Shown here in pieces: positions 15,445-28,555 of a DNA stretch of 64,000 nt; the stretch's first letter is position 1; each line of letters opens with the position of its first letter. Position numbers and translations under genes: made by a program. Source of the stretch: Chrysomallon squamiferum (Eukaryota; Animalia; Mollusca); assembly GCA_012295275.1 (NCBI GenBank), contig CM022678.1, positions 12,586,001-12,650,000 of the forward strand. The letters run 5' to 3'. Under the pieces are notes generated by a model that made no database searches, was not told the origin of the DNA, and was given only the letters and a program-made list of their open reading frames with translations.

Positions 15445-17330
15445 TCAACAATAATAATAATAATAATAACGTCAACAATAATAATATTGATTTACATAAT
15501 TGAACTTTCATTATTTCAAATAAAAATAATGATGAATTGAAATTGCTAAATAATACAAGTGTGTTTCTGCATCAAAATATGTATAAATTGAATGAAATGA
15601 TTACACACCTTTTAATTTGTTCAGCATCTCCTTTGCCGTAATTTTTTCACCAGACACTTTCTTTATTGATAAGACAACTTCGTGTATTTCACGAATGTTT
15701 TGACGATACTCTCATCTAGTTATAATCTTTGTTACCATCTCCTCCAGTCCCTCCTCCATTTCAAAAGCTCCTCCTCCTCACTATCATCCTGTTCATTTTC
15801 TGTTTCATCCAGTTCCTTCTTATTATCATCCTGTTCATTCTCTGTTTCATCCAGTTCCTTCTTATTATCATCCTGTTCATTCTCTGTTTCATCCAGTTCC
15901 TTCTTGTTATCATCCTGTTCATTCTCTGTTTCATCCAGTTCCTTCTTATTATCATCCTGTTCATTCTCTGTTTCATCCAGTTCCTTCTTATTATCATCCT
16001 GTTCATTCTCTGTTTCATCCAGTTCCTTCTTGTTATCATCCTGTTCATTCTCTGTGTCATCCATTTCCTTCTTATTTTCATCCTGTTATTTCTTACTATT
16101 AATCTGTTCCTTCTGACTATCATCCTGTTCATTCTGTCTATCTTCCATGTCCTTCTGTCTACCGACCAAGGCCTTTTTACTATCATACAGTTCTTTATGA
16201 CTATTATCCAGATCATTTTGAAACTGTTGATTTGAACTGATCATCACAAGTGGGTGTGTCTGGGTATTCTCCACTTTCTCATGGTGAAAGGTTTTGTCCT
16301 GTAGGTGCTACTGACCCACCAGCTAGAAAGATCTGGATAACAGTTGAGTTAGATGCATCAGTTGTGTTAAATCTGTCAGTTGATACAGGACTATGAATAT
16401 CAGTGGAATTGCCAGTGTCAGGGCTAATGGCAGCACTGAAATATCTGAGAGGGTTCCAAATGTCCATTAAGCTGACTGTGTTTTGACTGCAGCTGTGACC
16501 AGAATTCCCATCAGCCCTGGGAATAGCTCTGTTAAACTTAAAATCCAAGTCCACATCCTTTGTCTTTGATACCATCTTCTGGCTGTTCAGTACCAGGTTT
16601 AGCTCTCTTGGGTTCTGTAATAAACAAATTGAAGTAAAGACAATGTAGTGAAAGGAATTGTTTGTTTATCCAATCCAGAACACTTAGTGTAAATATGTTA
16701 TTGTCCTTCCCTTGTAAAATATAAACTCATTTCTGTAGATAAAATTACAGTTTTATTTTTTCCTGTGCAGATAACAATCTTTATTATATAATAAGTTTTA
16801 TTAACTGGACAATTATCATCACAGATGAGCACCATATTTAATGTGTTTCACTCTCACAACTTTTCAGAAATTTTGTTCTTCATTTATAAAAATATATGTT
16901 TCACTGATATCTCCACTGAACTAATTAGTGAAAACGTAAGTTTAATTTGTCCGAATTTTTCGTGTAATGCAACCATCTATTTGCTTCTTGTTCACTCAAA
17001 AAACTATGTGTGTCTGTGTGTATGTTTGTGTGTGTATATATGTGTGAATGAATGAGAGAAAAAGAGAGAGAGAGAAGAAAAACACAAATACAAAAATTAG
17101 GCAATAAAATATATAATAATAAATTAAAATAATAAAAGAATAAAAAGATCATGTGGATTAATCAAGATGTGAACAAGAATATGATACTGTTAATTACAAA
17201 TTTTACCTCTTTTGAAAAGCACACTGGAATCTGTGTCCAGGACTGGTCTGAAGAGTTTACTTAGAGAGTTATCTTTCTTGATATAATCAACATTTCTTCT
17301 CTCTTCAGAGTGCTTTTCTTCCATATTTAT
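14999..17330 (-). pseudogene. Disabled multi-exon gene encoding an acidic coiled-coil protein of unknown family
   Basis: Exon-like blocks 17207-17330, 15609-16614 and 14999-15369 have GT/AG ends. The 15609/15369 junction splices in frame (...AKEMLNKLK-G-IKEKLEDCFLLRPDD). Lesions: frame break near 16280, in-frame TAA at 16086-16088, frameshift near 15765, TGA at 15712-15714. Confidence 0.7.
15780..16150 (-). repeat. 42-bp (two-heptad) coding minisatellite, ETENEQDDNKKELD, ~7 near-perfect copies plus degenerate units
   Basis: Visible in the DNA and in ORF 15732-16064. Confidence 0.93.
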
Positions 17331-17493
17331 CTATAAATAAACTTTGACACTTATCACTATCATCATCTTCATTTAATATGAGTGTGTAGGCATTGTTTTT
17401 GTTTATAATGTGTATTATGGCAGATTGTAAGTGTAAATGTATATATGTATGCGTGTGTATTTTATATATGGGTATTGTGCTTGTGTATGTCTG

Positions 17494-17533
<40 letters not shown>

Positions 17534-17705
17534 GTAATGTTTGTACCTTTCTGATTGATCTGAAACAGCACATCTTCATCTGAAGAATGAAGTAAACCAA
17601 TATGAAGAAAATATTTCATCTATTACAGGAAAAAAAAACTTGAATAGTAACAGTAAGCTTAACTACAGCAGCAACAACAACAACTGTAACAAAAAAAAAA
17701 AAAAA

Positions 17706-17745
<40 letters not shown>

Positions 17746-19666
17746 TAACAACAATTCTAAAAAAATTAGTTTTCTGTCTGTATTATTTATTTAATAGCTG
17801 CACAATCTGACAGGCTGAAATCATCTAATTTTTTTTTTCATCTAATTTAACATCATTTTATTCACAGAGATAGACTGTTCGTGAGTTTTAACAGACCGTG
17901 TTTCTCTTTTAAGATGTGTGGTCTTTGTTTTAATGCAGTTAAAACTGCAAAGTTTAATTCAGAGTTTAATAAAAGAGATGTTTACATAATTTGTAACTCG
18001 TAAATTACATAGAGTATTAGCGATTTCTGAGTTTTGTGTTTAGTGTTTCTGTATTTCGTTTTCTGTCATTCACAAATCTTTAAAATGTTTCAGCAATAAA
18101 ATAAGAAAATACTTTATAACTCTGAAATTGCATAATTCAGAATTCTCGTGATATGTGATCGTGATATGTGATCAGGATAAATGAGTACTTGAGTAGTTTG
18201 TTAATGTTAATGCTGACGAAAATTCAGGAAAACAAAAATATGTAATTATTTAAGAAACCTAAGCTTTATACTTCATCAAACAGATTTAAACTAAAAGTAT
18301 TAAATTAATTATCACTTTCAAAGTAAACTTTTTTGTTACATTCACAGGAAAAAAAAAAAGAAAGAAAGTAAAATAAAGATAAAAATACCTTTTTTAAGAT
18401 AAAAAATTCGATCGCCAGTTCGCAGCAATATTATTGTTGCTATGTGATTAGCAACATTTGATAACGTCATCACATGCTTCGCAACGTATACTTCGGGACA
18501 ATTCGTTAATTTTAACGAATCTGTTGCTATTTTTAGGAAATCTATAAGCTTCTTCTGACGAGAAAAAAAAAAAAGAAAAGGATCATATTGCATCACGTTC
18601 GGGCAAATAAATATGTATTAAAGTGAAGAATTAAAGAGATCATCATTTATTAATCTCATTTTCATTGTTGTAAAATCACAAATTGAATGCATTCAGAAAT
18701 CGCTATCCCCAGATTTTTCCAACTTGAGAATATTTCATGTTTAAATGACCACCGTTAAAAGGCTATTTTAGTTTCGTTCGATTCATAATTGGTATTTTTA
18801 TTTATTTATTACTTCTTTTTTTTTTTTTTTTTTCTTGAATACATATTCCCAGAAACTGTTTCAACTATGATTTATTACTGCAATAGCGTTTTCCCAGCCT
18901 CTTGATGACATTACAATAAGTTTTTCTTTTAATTGGTGGTTCTTAAATGAATACCAGGCAACTATCATGAGAAATGTACGTTTATGTTTGAAGTGTTAAT
19001 ATTTTCATTGTTTTTCCAGCTTACATTAAGATAAACAGTTTTGTATTATTTTTTATTAGCATTTGGAATGCAGTTTAATGTCTTTAGTTTACACGACTAA
19101 ATTTATCGATAAAGTAGAAATAATTAGTAGTCTGTCTGAAATTTAGTAATACATGTCGGCAAATGGTCAGACAAAAGCGTCTATCAAAATTAATAAATAA
19201 TATCGATAACAATAAATAAATATTACGATTTCGAAAAAACGTTGAAAAAAAGAAAAACTAATAAATGAACTTATAATAAATAAGTAAATAAGAACAAAAA
19301 CAAAAGAATGAATAATAATAATAATAAAAAAAAGAGTAACAGGAACAAAAATAATTTTGTAATTTTAAATAAACAAATAATTACATAAAGATATCAGAAA
19401 AACGCATTAACAAATAATAAAGAAATAACTAACTAAATAAAATAAAGAAATAAAAAATATATATAAAAAAAACACAATAATAATAAATAAATAAGTAATG
19501 AAGTAAATGAAAGGGAAAAGTAGGAAAAAACAAAAAAAACAAAAGCACTTGTTATTTGAATTTTACGGTCAATGATTGGCTTATAATAAGATGAAAAGAA
19601 ATTTTTGACAATCAGCTACTTTTTGTAATTAGTGTGTATGTTTTAAAACAGGTAACTCTGGCTTAG

Positions 19667-19701
<35 letters not shown>

Positions 19702-19799
19702 TTTATATTTGCGTTGTTGTTTTCTGCGATAAATGCGGGATGACTACCGGTCTTTTCGTAACCACCTTTTTTTTTTTTCTGCATTTGGAAAAGCTTATT

Positions 19800-20005
19800 C
19801 AGAACTGTGGTAATAGCATTATCATCCAAATAAGAAGTTGCTAAAATTAAAGCAGTTATAGTTTATCCTGGAGAGAGGTATGACAATTTATTAGTATTGT
19901 TCTTAATATGTTTTTGTTTTTACTTAAATATAATTGAAAAATCGTTGCTAACAGCCATCTTGTTTGGAAGGAAAATTATATTTTATTAATTTAATTAAAT
20001 AAATA

Positions 20006-20066
<61 letters not shown>

Positions 20067-23000
20067 GAATAACGATTTTTTGAAAAGATGTTTATGCATA
20101 AAAAACTTAATGCCACATTTTATTTATTCATTTTCAGTAATGAGAGTGTTCAAAATGACAAAGCTTAAAGAGACATATCATCATGCATTTAATCCAGTGA
20201 AACAGTTCTGACAACCATTTAAATACCATTTCGAAGGATTAATGTGTGATGTGAACTCTGATTTTAGATGAAATCAATTTCGCAGACACATTCTGGAGAC
20301 AGAGTGGTGCCATGTTAAACACAGATAGTTATCTGTCTATGGAATGAATATGGACACAACATGTTTGATGCTTGTACAATTTTATTTTTCCCAGTCCTAA
20401 GGTATATATATAATCACTCTGAGAGTGAAAATAAACACACACACACACGCACACACACACACACACACACTATGGCATAGTTGGAAAAAGATTGTGAGTC
20501 AGGAAAACTTGAAGAAGTTACTAAGTTGCTGGAAACTGTCTTACAAACACCTAACATGCTGAGCCTGAAGGAGAGAAAACTACCTGAAATAGACAAAGTT
20601 TTCAAAGACATGTCTGGCAATACAGGTCTGATGCATACTTTTTTCTTTTTATGCCTCAATATTATTAAAAGCCCAAATCTTCTTATAATCAGACATTTGG
20701 TAAGTACTGATAATTTGAAATAGAATACTTTTGTTTAAATCATTTAAAATACTTAGATGGATTTGCTTTCATTAATAAATATGTCATTTATAAAAATGTT
20801 GATACTTGTGAAATGCTTATATGGATTTGTGTTAATTTATTAAATCTGTTAATTATTAAAATATCAAATTGTAAGATAAAGTGGTGGTTTATTTTCCAGC
20901 AGGCATTATGTGGAGCCAGAATTCTGTGAAGCAACATGAATAATACACAGGAATCACATGTCAGAAATCAGTCTCCTCCATTCAAGTGCCATTACAACAA
21001 CAGCAGAAAGAAAATGTCTGGTTTATGATCCAGAGCAATCCAGTCTTTTAATTTACTCCAAAAATGAAAAATGGCTGCAAATCAAAAGAGGAGAGTGTCT
21101 TCCTGTCTAATGGAGGAAGACCAAAGCAAGAGACTACCCAACATGGTGAAATTTGATGACAGAGCTGAGTAAACAGCAAAGTACAAGACAGGACCGATAA
21201 CAGCACTGATAACAGGACCGATCCAGAATTGAATGACTGGACTGATTGGCTGGCCCCTCCCACCAACTTTGTATCAGGTGCCTGGCAGGAAAGTCCAGTG
21301 GAAAACAGTTGGATAAGAGAAATGTTAGAGGTATCAATATTTTGTCTTGTCTACCATTTCAAATGGTCAGTACATTTGAGGGGTAGGATAAACGTCCCTC
21401 AGAAATTGAGGCAGAAAATTTGGGTGGGGAATATATGGAGCTATCCAGATTATGGAAATCTAGCCACCACATGGAAGCTAGTCAGGATGGCATAGGTGAA
21501 CTTGTTTTGGAAGGGAGGAACTGATGGTGAAAAACATGGAAAAGGGCAGTTCAATTCATGCATGGACTTCAGTGGTATGATATTTATAAAAGTATCAAAA
21601 TTTATTTTACTCTTTTATTAGTATCAATCACATTTCAGGATTAAATTTAATATGTATTTAACAGTAATTCCTGTTTTCTTATTACAAATATCCCCTATTT
21701 CACAGTTACATAACAAGCAGTGGGGTCTTTTCTACCTGTAGAAACAACTTCAGCACAACAACAAAAATGGCTCATGTATGGCAGTTTTAAGGGTAAGAAA
21801 AAAAGTGGGTATTTTTGGCATTAAAATGTAAAGTAAAAATCAACTGTATTCTGTGGAATAAAAGAGGGGAAATGAAAACATTAAGCATACAACATTTTGG
21901 TATGTTGTACTCTTGCCATCTCAAATGTTTGCCAGAGGACAACTTTTGCTAGCAGACTGTGGCAGTGGGACACAAAATGGAATCTCCATCATAAACATGG
22001 TACCTTTTTCCATCACATAATAAACTTGTGATTTTTTTCTGAAAGGTATTATCTATCAGCACTTTCCAATATCCATTAGAGATAAACATTGCTAGGAAAT
22101 GATCTTTATATCATTGTGATGGATGTGACACAAGATACTGAATTGCCTAATTCACAAGAGTCCATTTTAAAATCATTGTTTTCGTACACATTGACTCTCA
22201 TACTCTAAAAAAAAAGCTACAGACAAGCTTTTAAGAGGTAGAAAATCTTCCACTGCTGCTTTTACACAAGTGTTCCATTTTTCATGACTTCACCCATAAC
22301 ACTTATTTATTACCTTTAAAAATTGATTTATTTACTTGTTTAATTATTCAGTTTTGAGATCTAAAGCATATCCATTGTCCATTTCCATTTACTGATTATT
22401 TTTTTAATAATATTTTGTTTGTTTGTTTATTTATTTTGGAGATCTAAAACGTGGAATGGACAAAAGCCTGGAATCGGACAATTCAGAGCTTGCAGGCTTA
22501 CATTAAAGAACATCACACAACTGGAGTTACATGGAATCCAGTTTATCTCCCTTGTAACTGGAATCAGAACAGACTGATATATATATATATTACATAAGAA
22601 AAAATAAACAAATTAACTAGTTTACTTGCATCTCTCTGTAATCTTTCATGACTGTTGTTACTTTTTTTATTTATTTATTTTTTTATGTTTTTATAAACTT
22701 GTTCATTATTAGAATATAAGATTCATGGCCCTCTGTCCCTCTCTCTCACTCTCAAGGAATAGCTGAAGTTTACAGTGCTTCAAATATGTTTACTTCGTGT
22801 GTGTATGCACATAATCAACAGATAGATAAATGAACATAAGTCTCTCTCTCTCTCTCTGTCTCTCTGAAGGTACAGTTTCAGTAATGTCCCATGTCCTGAA
22901 GTAAATAATAGATTTTATTCTTATTATTATTTTCTGGGTTTGTAAAGAATAACTTGTTAAACTAGAATAACTGTGTTTATAATGTGAAATAAATATCTTC

Positions 23001-23078
23001 TCCATTTCTTTTATTCTGTCTGTTTCTGTAACCTTATTTTTCACTAATTGATATCAGATTGAATGACTATTATTACTC

Positions 23079-23115
<37 letters not shown>

Positions 23116-24000
23116 TTTCACTGTTTATAGAAGAAAAACAATGTTTATGAGCCACCTCTCTCACCCATTCCAACAACCATTGATGTTTTCTCAGTTATAA
23201 CATGGAGTAAGTAAAGACCTGATTACTGAAGAACAGTATTACAAGGTAATTTTCTAAGAAGCAGGAGCTGGATCTCAGGTTTTTAAATGTGTTTTTGATG
23301 ATAAGAACAAATTAAATAAATATACTTAATGTAATTTCAAGGTACTGTTTTAATTTGTTAACAGAAACCAAACTTTGCTAACAATAAATATTTTAAGCTG
23401 ATATAATTCTGTTACAAAAATAATGATCATTTAATTCAAAAAATGAACGCACTAATCTTTGTTAATAATAAATTATGATATCTGAATTATACTTCTGAAA
23501 AGAGCACATGTATATACCAATATTATTGCATTTATTGTGATGTCATTTCATGTGCTAAGTGTGAAAACACAAGCCTTTACAGATTATAGATATGATTAGT
23601 TTTTAATGATTCACTCAGTGTTATGTTTTATTTAGATATTTTAACAAAACAGTGTAAGAAGTATGTTAAACAGATAGGTTAGTAATTTTACATTTCTCTA
23701 TTTAATTCTGAATACAAATCTCAGGAAAAACAAGAATGTATATATTTATTTTTCTTTTCCTCATATATTTGTTTTGCTTGATTGTCTTTTTAATTCTGAT
23801 CATCGTCCTCTCTCTCTATCATAATACATGAATTTCTGTAACTACCTATTTTAGTAATTATATTTGGTAATTGAAATATTACATTTATTTCAGGCAGCTG
23901 AGTTTTAATACCAGACTTTGAAGAAAGAACTAAAATTGAAGTCTATAAACAGCATCATGGACTTCACTAATCTTCTCAAAAACATTCAACAACAAAGATG
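19800..24000 (+). pseudogene. Mosaic of decayed exon-like segments
   Basis: Several blocks with AG and/or GT ends (about 20138-20401, 20481-20625, 21706-21793, 23131-23245, 23894-23997). Their frames are protein-like but mostly interrupted by stops, and no consistent spliced ORF can be built. Confidence 0.45.
22441..22540 (+). pseudogene. CAP1: Isolated fragment of adenylyl cyclase-associated protein (CAP) N-terminal helical domain
   Basis: 22451-22540 translates VEWTKAWNRTIQSLQAYIKEHHTTGVTWNP, preceded by a frameshifted DLK(H). It matches the CAP-family motif HVDWVK....ELQAYIKE(F/H)HTTGL.W. No other CAP exons were recognised. Confidence 0.8.
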
Positions 24001-24182
24001 ATTTTTCTGTCTCTCTTTTTGTGTAATGTGTCCCTGTCTCTGACCTTATTTGTGTTTATTTTGTCTCCATACATGCTACTTCTCTCCATTTGGTTCTTTT
24101 TCATTGGTTTTATTGTTGTTGTTGTTGTTTCCTTGTTTTATTTAGTTTTTAGTTTTGCTTTTGTTTTTTTAATTAATTTTAC

Positions 24183-24227
<45 letters not shown>

Positions 24228-26349
24228 CTTTTCTTTCTCTTTCTTTTTCTTCAACAAGAAATGATATTAAACAGTCAGTGCATTTACTTTTACACCTGTT
24301 TTATATTGCAGAATATTTTCTGATATTTAATGATCGTTATTCAATTTTTACATGAAATTTGTCTTCATAATATAGAGGGAGTGGGATGCTGGCAATCCAA
24401 TCAGTGTTTTATCTTTCAGTGCACTTTTCATAGGTGAATTGTTATGTGAATGTGTGTTTGTGTATTGGGACATGTTTGCATTTGCATTTGTGGATATGGA
24501 TGTGTGTATTACTGAAAGTAAAAGAAAGGTGTTGTATGGTACAGGAACAAGAGAACATAAGGAAGTATAGTTTAACAGACCACACCCCTAGATCTCCATC
24601 CACAGAGAAATATTTATTTGATAAAATGCACTAGTTATGTCAATCTTATAATTTAATGATTAATGTTGATCTTTTTCAAAATAAATAAATAAATCTTAAT
24701 ATTCCTGTGAAGAAATTTCTGAACATTATTTATAATTTTCATTATGCTTTATTAAATGTCAACATAAGTTGTCTCAAAAACAGTGCTTTGTTTGTTAAAC
24801 ATCTGCACACTTTAACATCAAACATCTCTCTGAAGAAATATTATTTTGATTACACCATATCAGTTGTGAGGACTTTGTAATAAGTATTGTGAAAACAACT
24901 GAGGTCTTCAAATGAGGATGATATAAATTGTGTTACCCCTTCCCTCAACTGCTCACTGCAAATCATAAAAACAAAAGACATGAACTCCCTATAAGGATGT
25001 GTTTCTATTAGTTTGTGTACATTTCCATAAACATATCATGTTCTTTATCCCATTTACAGTTTACAAAAGGCACTTGAGATACACGTGAATATTCACTAAA
25101 AAAAAATACTTAAATAAGATAATTTTAGATTTTACACAGACATATGTATGTATGAGCATAAATTGAGGAAAATTATAATATATATTTCATGTTTTATAGA
25201 TTTTACAAATTAATTAAAAGGTCAGTTAAAAACAATCTAGTATGAAAGCAACATAAATACATGCTGATATGGACACAGAGGTACATAGTGTGTGTATATA
25301 TATTCACACGCACACTATACCTCGATACAATAGTAATTGGGAAAAAAAGGAACATAGCAATTAAAATCTAGTACAGGGTAATTAAACATTACAGATTGAA
25401 ACTAAATCTACTGTATGGCAGCAAATAAACCATTAAAGACAAATATATTTCGATATAATTATATTTTGAAGTGATTTGATAAGGATTAACAAGAAAATAA
25501 AATAATAAAATACTGACAACTCGTAACTAACTACTTACAAGCTTGGCAGTTTTGGTAACTTGTTATTCTGAATGTATATTTATTATTTTTTCATTATGAT
25601 AAAGTTTAAGCTTGAAGTACTTTAATAATTGCCATTTTCTCTGTATCATTAAAGATACAGTCACTATAGAATCTCTTACATACTGTGTCAGATCGTATTT
25701 TTATGAGTCTTCTGACATCTGCTTTTACCATAGTTCAAATTATTGTTTTAAATGGTGACAAAAACTGTTCTTCAAAACAGAAGACTATAGATAATAAATT
25801 ATGAACATCAGGAAAATATTTGCATTGATGTTACTGATGAATGGAATTAAATTTTTTTTTTTTTAAAAACCCAAAACACCAACATTTTTAATACTTTTAA
25901 GTGTTTTTCTGTTTCGTGAAAAATGATAATGCAGTAAAATTTGTTTAATATTTAATGTAAATTAATATTGACCATTGATAAAGATTCATTAATTTCATTT
26001 AAATTATTTAAACTAGAAACTGAACACAGAAATAAATTCAGGATTATTTTAAAACGTTATTGAAAACCAGGTGATAATAGTATAAATTAAGTTATTGCTT
26101 ATCTAACACACAAACATACACACACATAAATGTATATTTACATAATTTTATTATAAACGTATATATAAATATAGATGTGTAACCTTTAACAGTGTTTTGA
26201 TTTTTATAGTGATCACACACACACACACTACTACTACTATACATATACATTCGTATATTAACACAAACATGTATGTTTATATAATATTTATAAAATCTGA
26301 AGTATATGGTAATATTAAACAAAAATTAATGCAAAAAATCATAAAAAGT

Positions 26350-26532
26350 CATTTATAAATACATTTTTCTTATTTTAAAACATTACAAAAATCAGGATGG
26401 TTTTGGGGGGCTGGAACTGATTAATTGTATTTCAATTAATTTCAGTTGGGAAAATTGATTTGATAATATGAGCAAATTGAATTATGAGCTCGGGCAAGGA
26501 ACAAATTAAACTTGTAAGTCAAAGTACCACTG
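26350..26532 (+). mobile_element. pogo/Tigger terminal fragment, inverted relative to the 37360 copy
   Basis: Reverse complement of about 37360-37530; ends ...gtaccactg followed by TA. Confidence 0.7.
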
Positions 26533-28344
26533 TACTTTAGATTCACCCTTCCAGTGGAACAGTATTATACTTTTTTCTTCTCCTTTTCTTCTTTTTCTTC
26601 TTATTTTTAGAATTTGTAACAATTAATTACATCTTTTTGTCTATAAATTGTACAGATTTCTTTTATATTACATTTAAAAAGAACAATTTTATTCTTTAAT
26701 CACCTATTTGCATTTTTTGTCTATGAACTGCACATTTAAAGAAAAAGAAAGTAAAAAATAAAAAAATAAAAAACAAAAAGTTTCTATCCATTAATCATAC
26801 CCTTTTTTGAGCTTTTTGTCAACAAATTGTATGTTTTTTATTTCTTAATTTTTGTTGTTTTTAAACTAATGTTTGGAAAAATAATATATATGTTTTTTAT
26901 GATATAAACAATAGAAAAGTTAATAACACAATATTCAGAATAAATGAATAATTATATGCAATGAAAATCAATGTAGAAATTATTTTATAATCTGAAATAA
27001 TTGTTGTAATATTTCTCTGTGCTTATAATAAAATAATAATGAAAATTTACAAACACATTTCATGGTTTTTACATGAGGAAACACCAAATAATATTAATAA
27101 TGAAAATTTACAGATCCATTTTAATAAAACTCATTTTAGTTTTGACAAGACTATTGAATGCTAATACAATTATAAAAATATGTGTATATAGTAATACATA
27201 TATAAATAAGAATAAAAAAACAAAAGGACAAAAATTTAATTTTTAAATAATAATTATACTAATACTGCAGTTATTTTAAGAATACACTTTCTGTAGAGAC
27301 CTTTTCATTTTAACACAACATAATGTATATATTTTTTTTATTTACCATAATTATTACAATATTTACCTTTTAATCACAATAAGTGTATTCTAGAACTGAC
27401 GGAAAACATTCTCTTATTTGGATCTTGCTTTTGGTTGTTTTCACAAGGCATGTGAAAGAAGATAGAGAAACAGAAGAATGACTTGAATGCAGAGCTGTTG
27501 TACTGTGAGTGACATCAGACTCAAATACCTGACTACAAGTAACAGAAAACTCACAGAAATTCTCAACAACTTTACAAAGTCAACACTTGGGTGTTATTTT
27601 CTGTGCTACTGTTTGGAATCAACATTCCCACTTCATACCCTGAAACATACCAAACATTACATTTAATGTAACACAACACTAGACATTACACACTGAAATA
27701 TACCAAACATTACATTTTTGATACCTCAACACTAGATATTATACACTGAAATATACCAAAGAACAGAAAGATGTCTAAATGATATGGAGATGCAGCAAAA
27801 TGTAAGAATATGCATGAATAATTTACTTATTCTCCTGTATGAAGAAATTAACATAATAAACTATCTGTGTTTTGTTAAAACACGCTTGGAAGAGTCCATT
27901 AGTAGAGTTACCAGACTCACTGGTATGTAACACTGTCACGGGGTGTCAGACAGTTGCATGTGACCCATAATTAACACAGTCGTCACATGACCAAATTAGA
28001 ACCCCACAATGGGTGTAAAACTCTTCCCTCAAAATAGCACTAACTATACAGGCAGACCTCCCTGTATCAGGTAGACAGATGCCCGATTTGGCTCAGCTCT
28101 AACAGAATTCAGGGAGCAAGGTCACATATGTATTTATAGTTAGCCAGTGTTCAATCACTGGAAACACAGTACGAGTTTAGATTTAAAGAATATGTGTTAT
28201 ATGATCTAATAACAGTTATTTACTGAATAAGCTTACAATGATTACATGGCGGATTACAGTTTCATGCCTTAACATAGCTTATGTAATTCTTAAGAAAAAT
28301 GTAACATCTATTAAACAAGAGATACTATCTTTGTCACACAAAGA

Positions 28345-28555
28345 TTATATAATTTTAAATGAAATCTAACATCTATTATTATTAAACCTGTTAGTCTCCA
28401 CCACACTTAGCTTATATAATTTTAAATGAAATCTAACATCTATTATTATTAAACCTGTTAGTCTCTATCACACATAGCTTATATCATTTTAAATGAAATC
28501 TAACATCTATTATTATTAAACCTGTTAGTCTCTATCACACATAGCTTATATAATT
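28345..28555. repeat. ~68-bp tandem repeat, 3 copies
   Basis: ttttaaatgaaatctaacatctattattattaaacctgttagtctc is repeated; the paralogous flank (~56635-56710) has a single related unit. Confidence 0.85.

Noticed and set aside
15370-15511. Poly-Leu 'signal peptide' of ORF 14999-15511
   Set aside because: It is an intronic (AAT)n microsatellite; the real exon starts at the AG acceptor at 15369.
15682-16235. Plus-strand Ser-rich and hydrophobic repeat ORFs, and a possible CRISPR-like array
   Set aside because: Alternative frames of the 42-bp repeat; there are no unique spacers and the context is eukaryotic.
16321-16360. DASNSTVIQIFLAGG as a RHIM-like partner motif in the neighbouring pseudogene
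   Set aside because: It lacks the core Gly and the downstream Asn (IQIF, not IQIG), which is too weak to claim an effector.
27390-27640. Minus-strand exon-like block
   Set aside because: Stops in the frames examined and no recognisable family.
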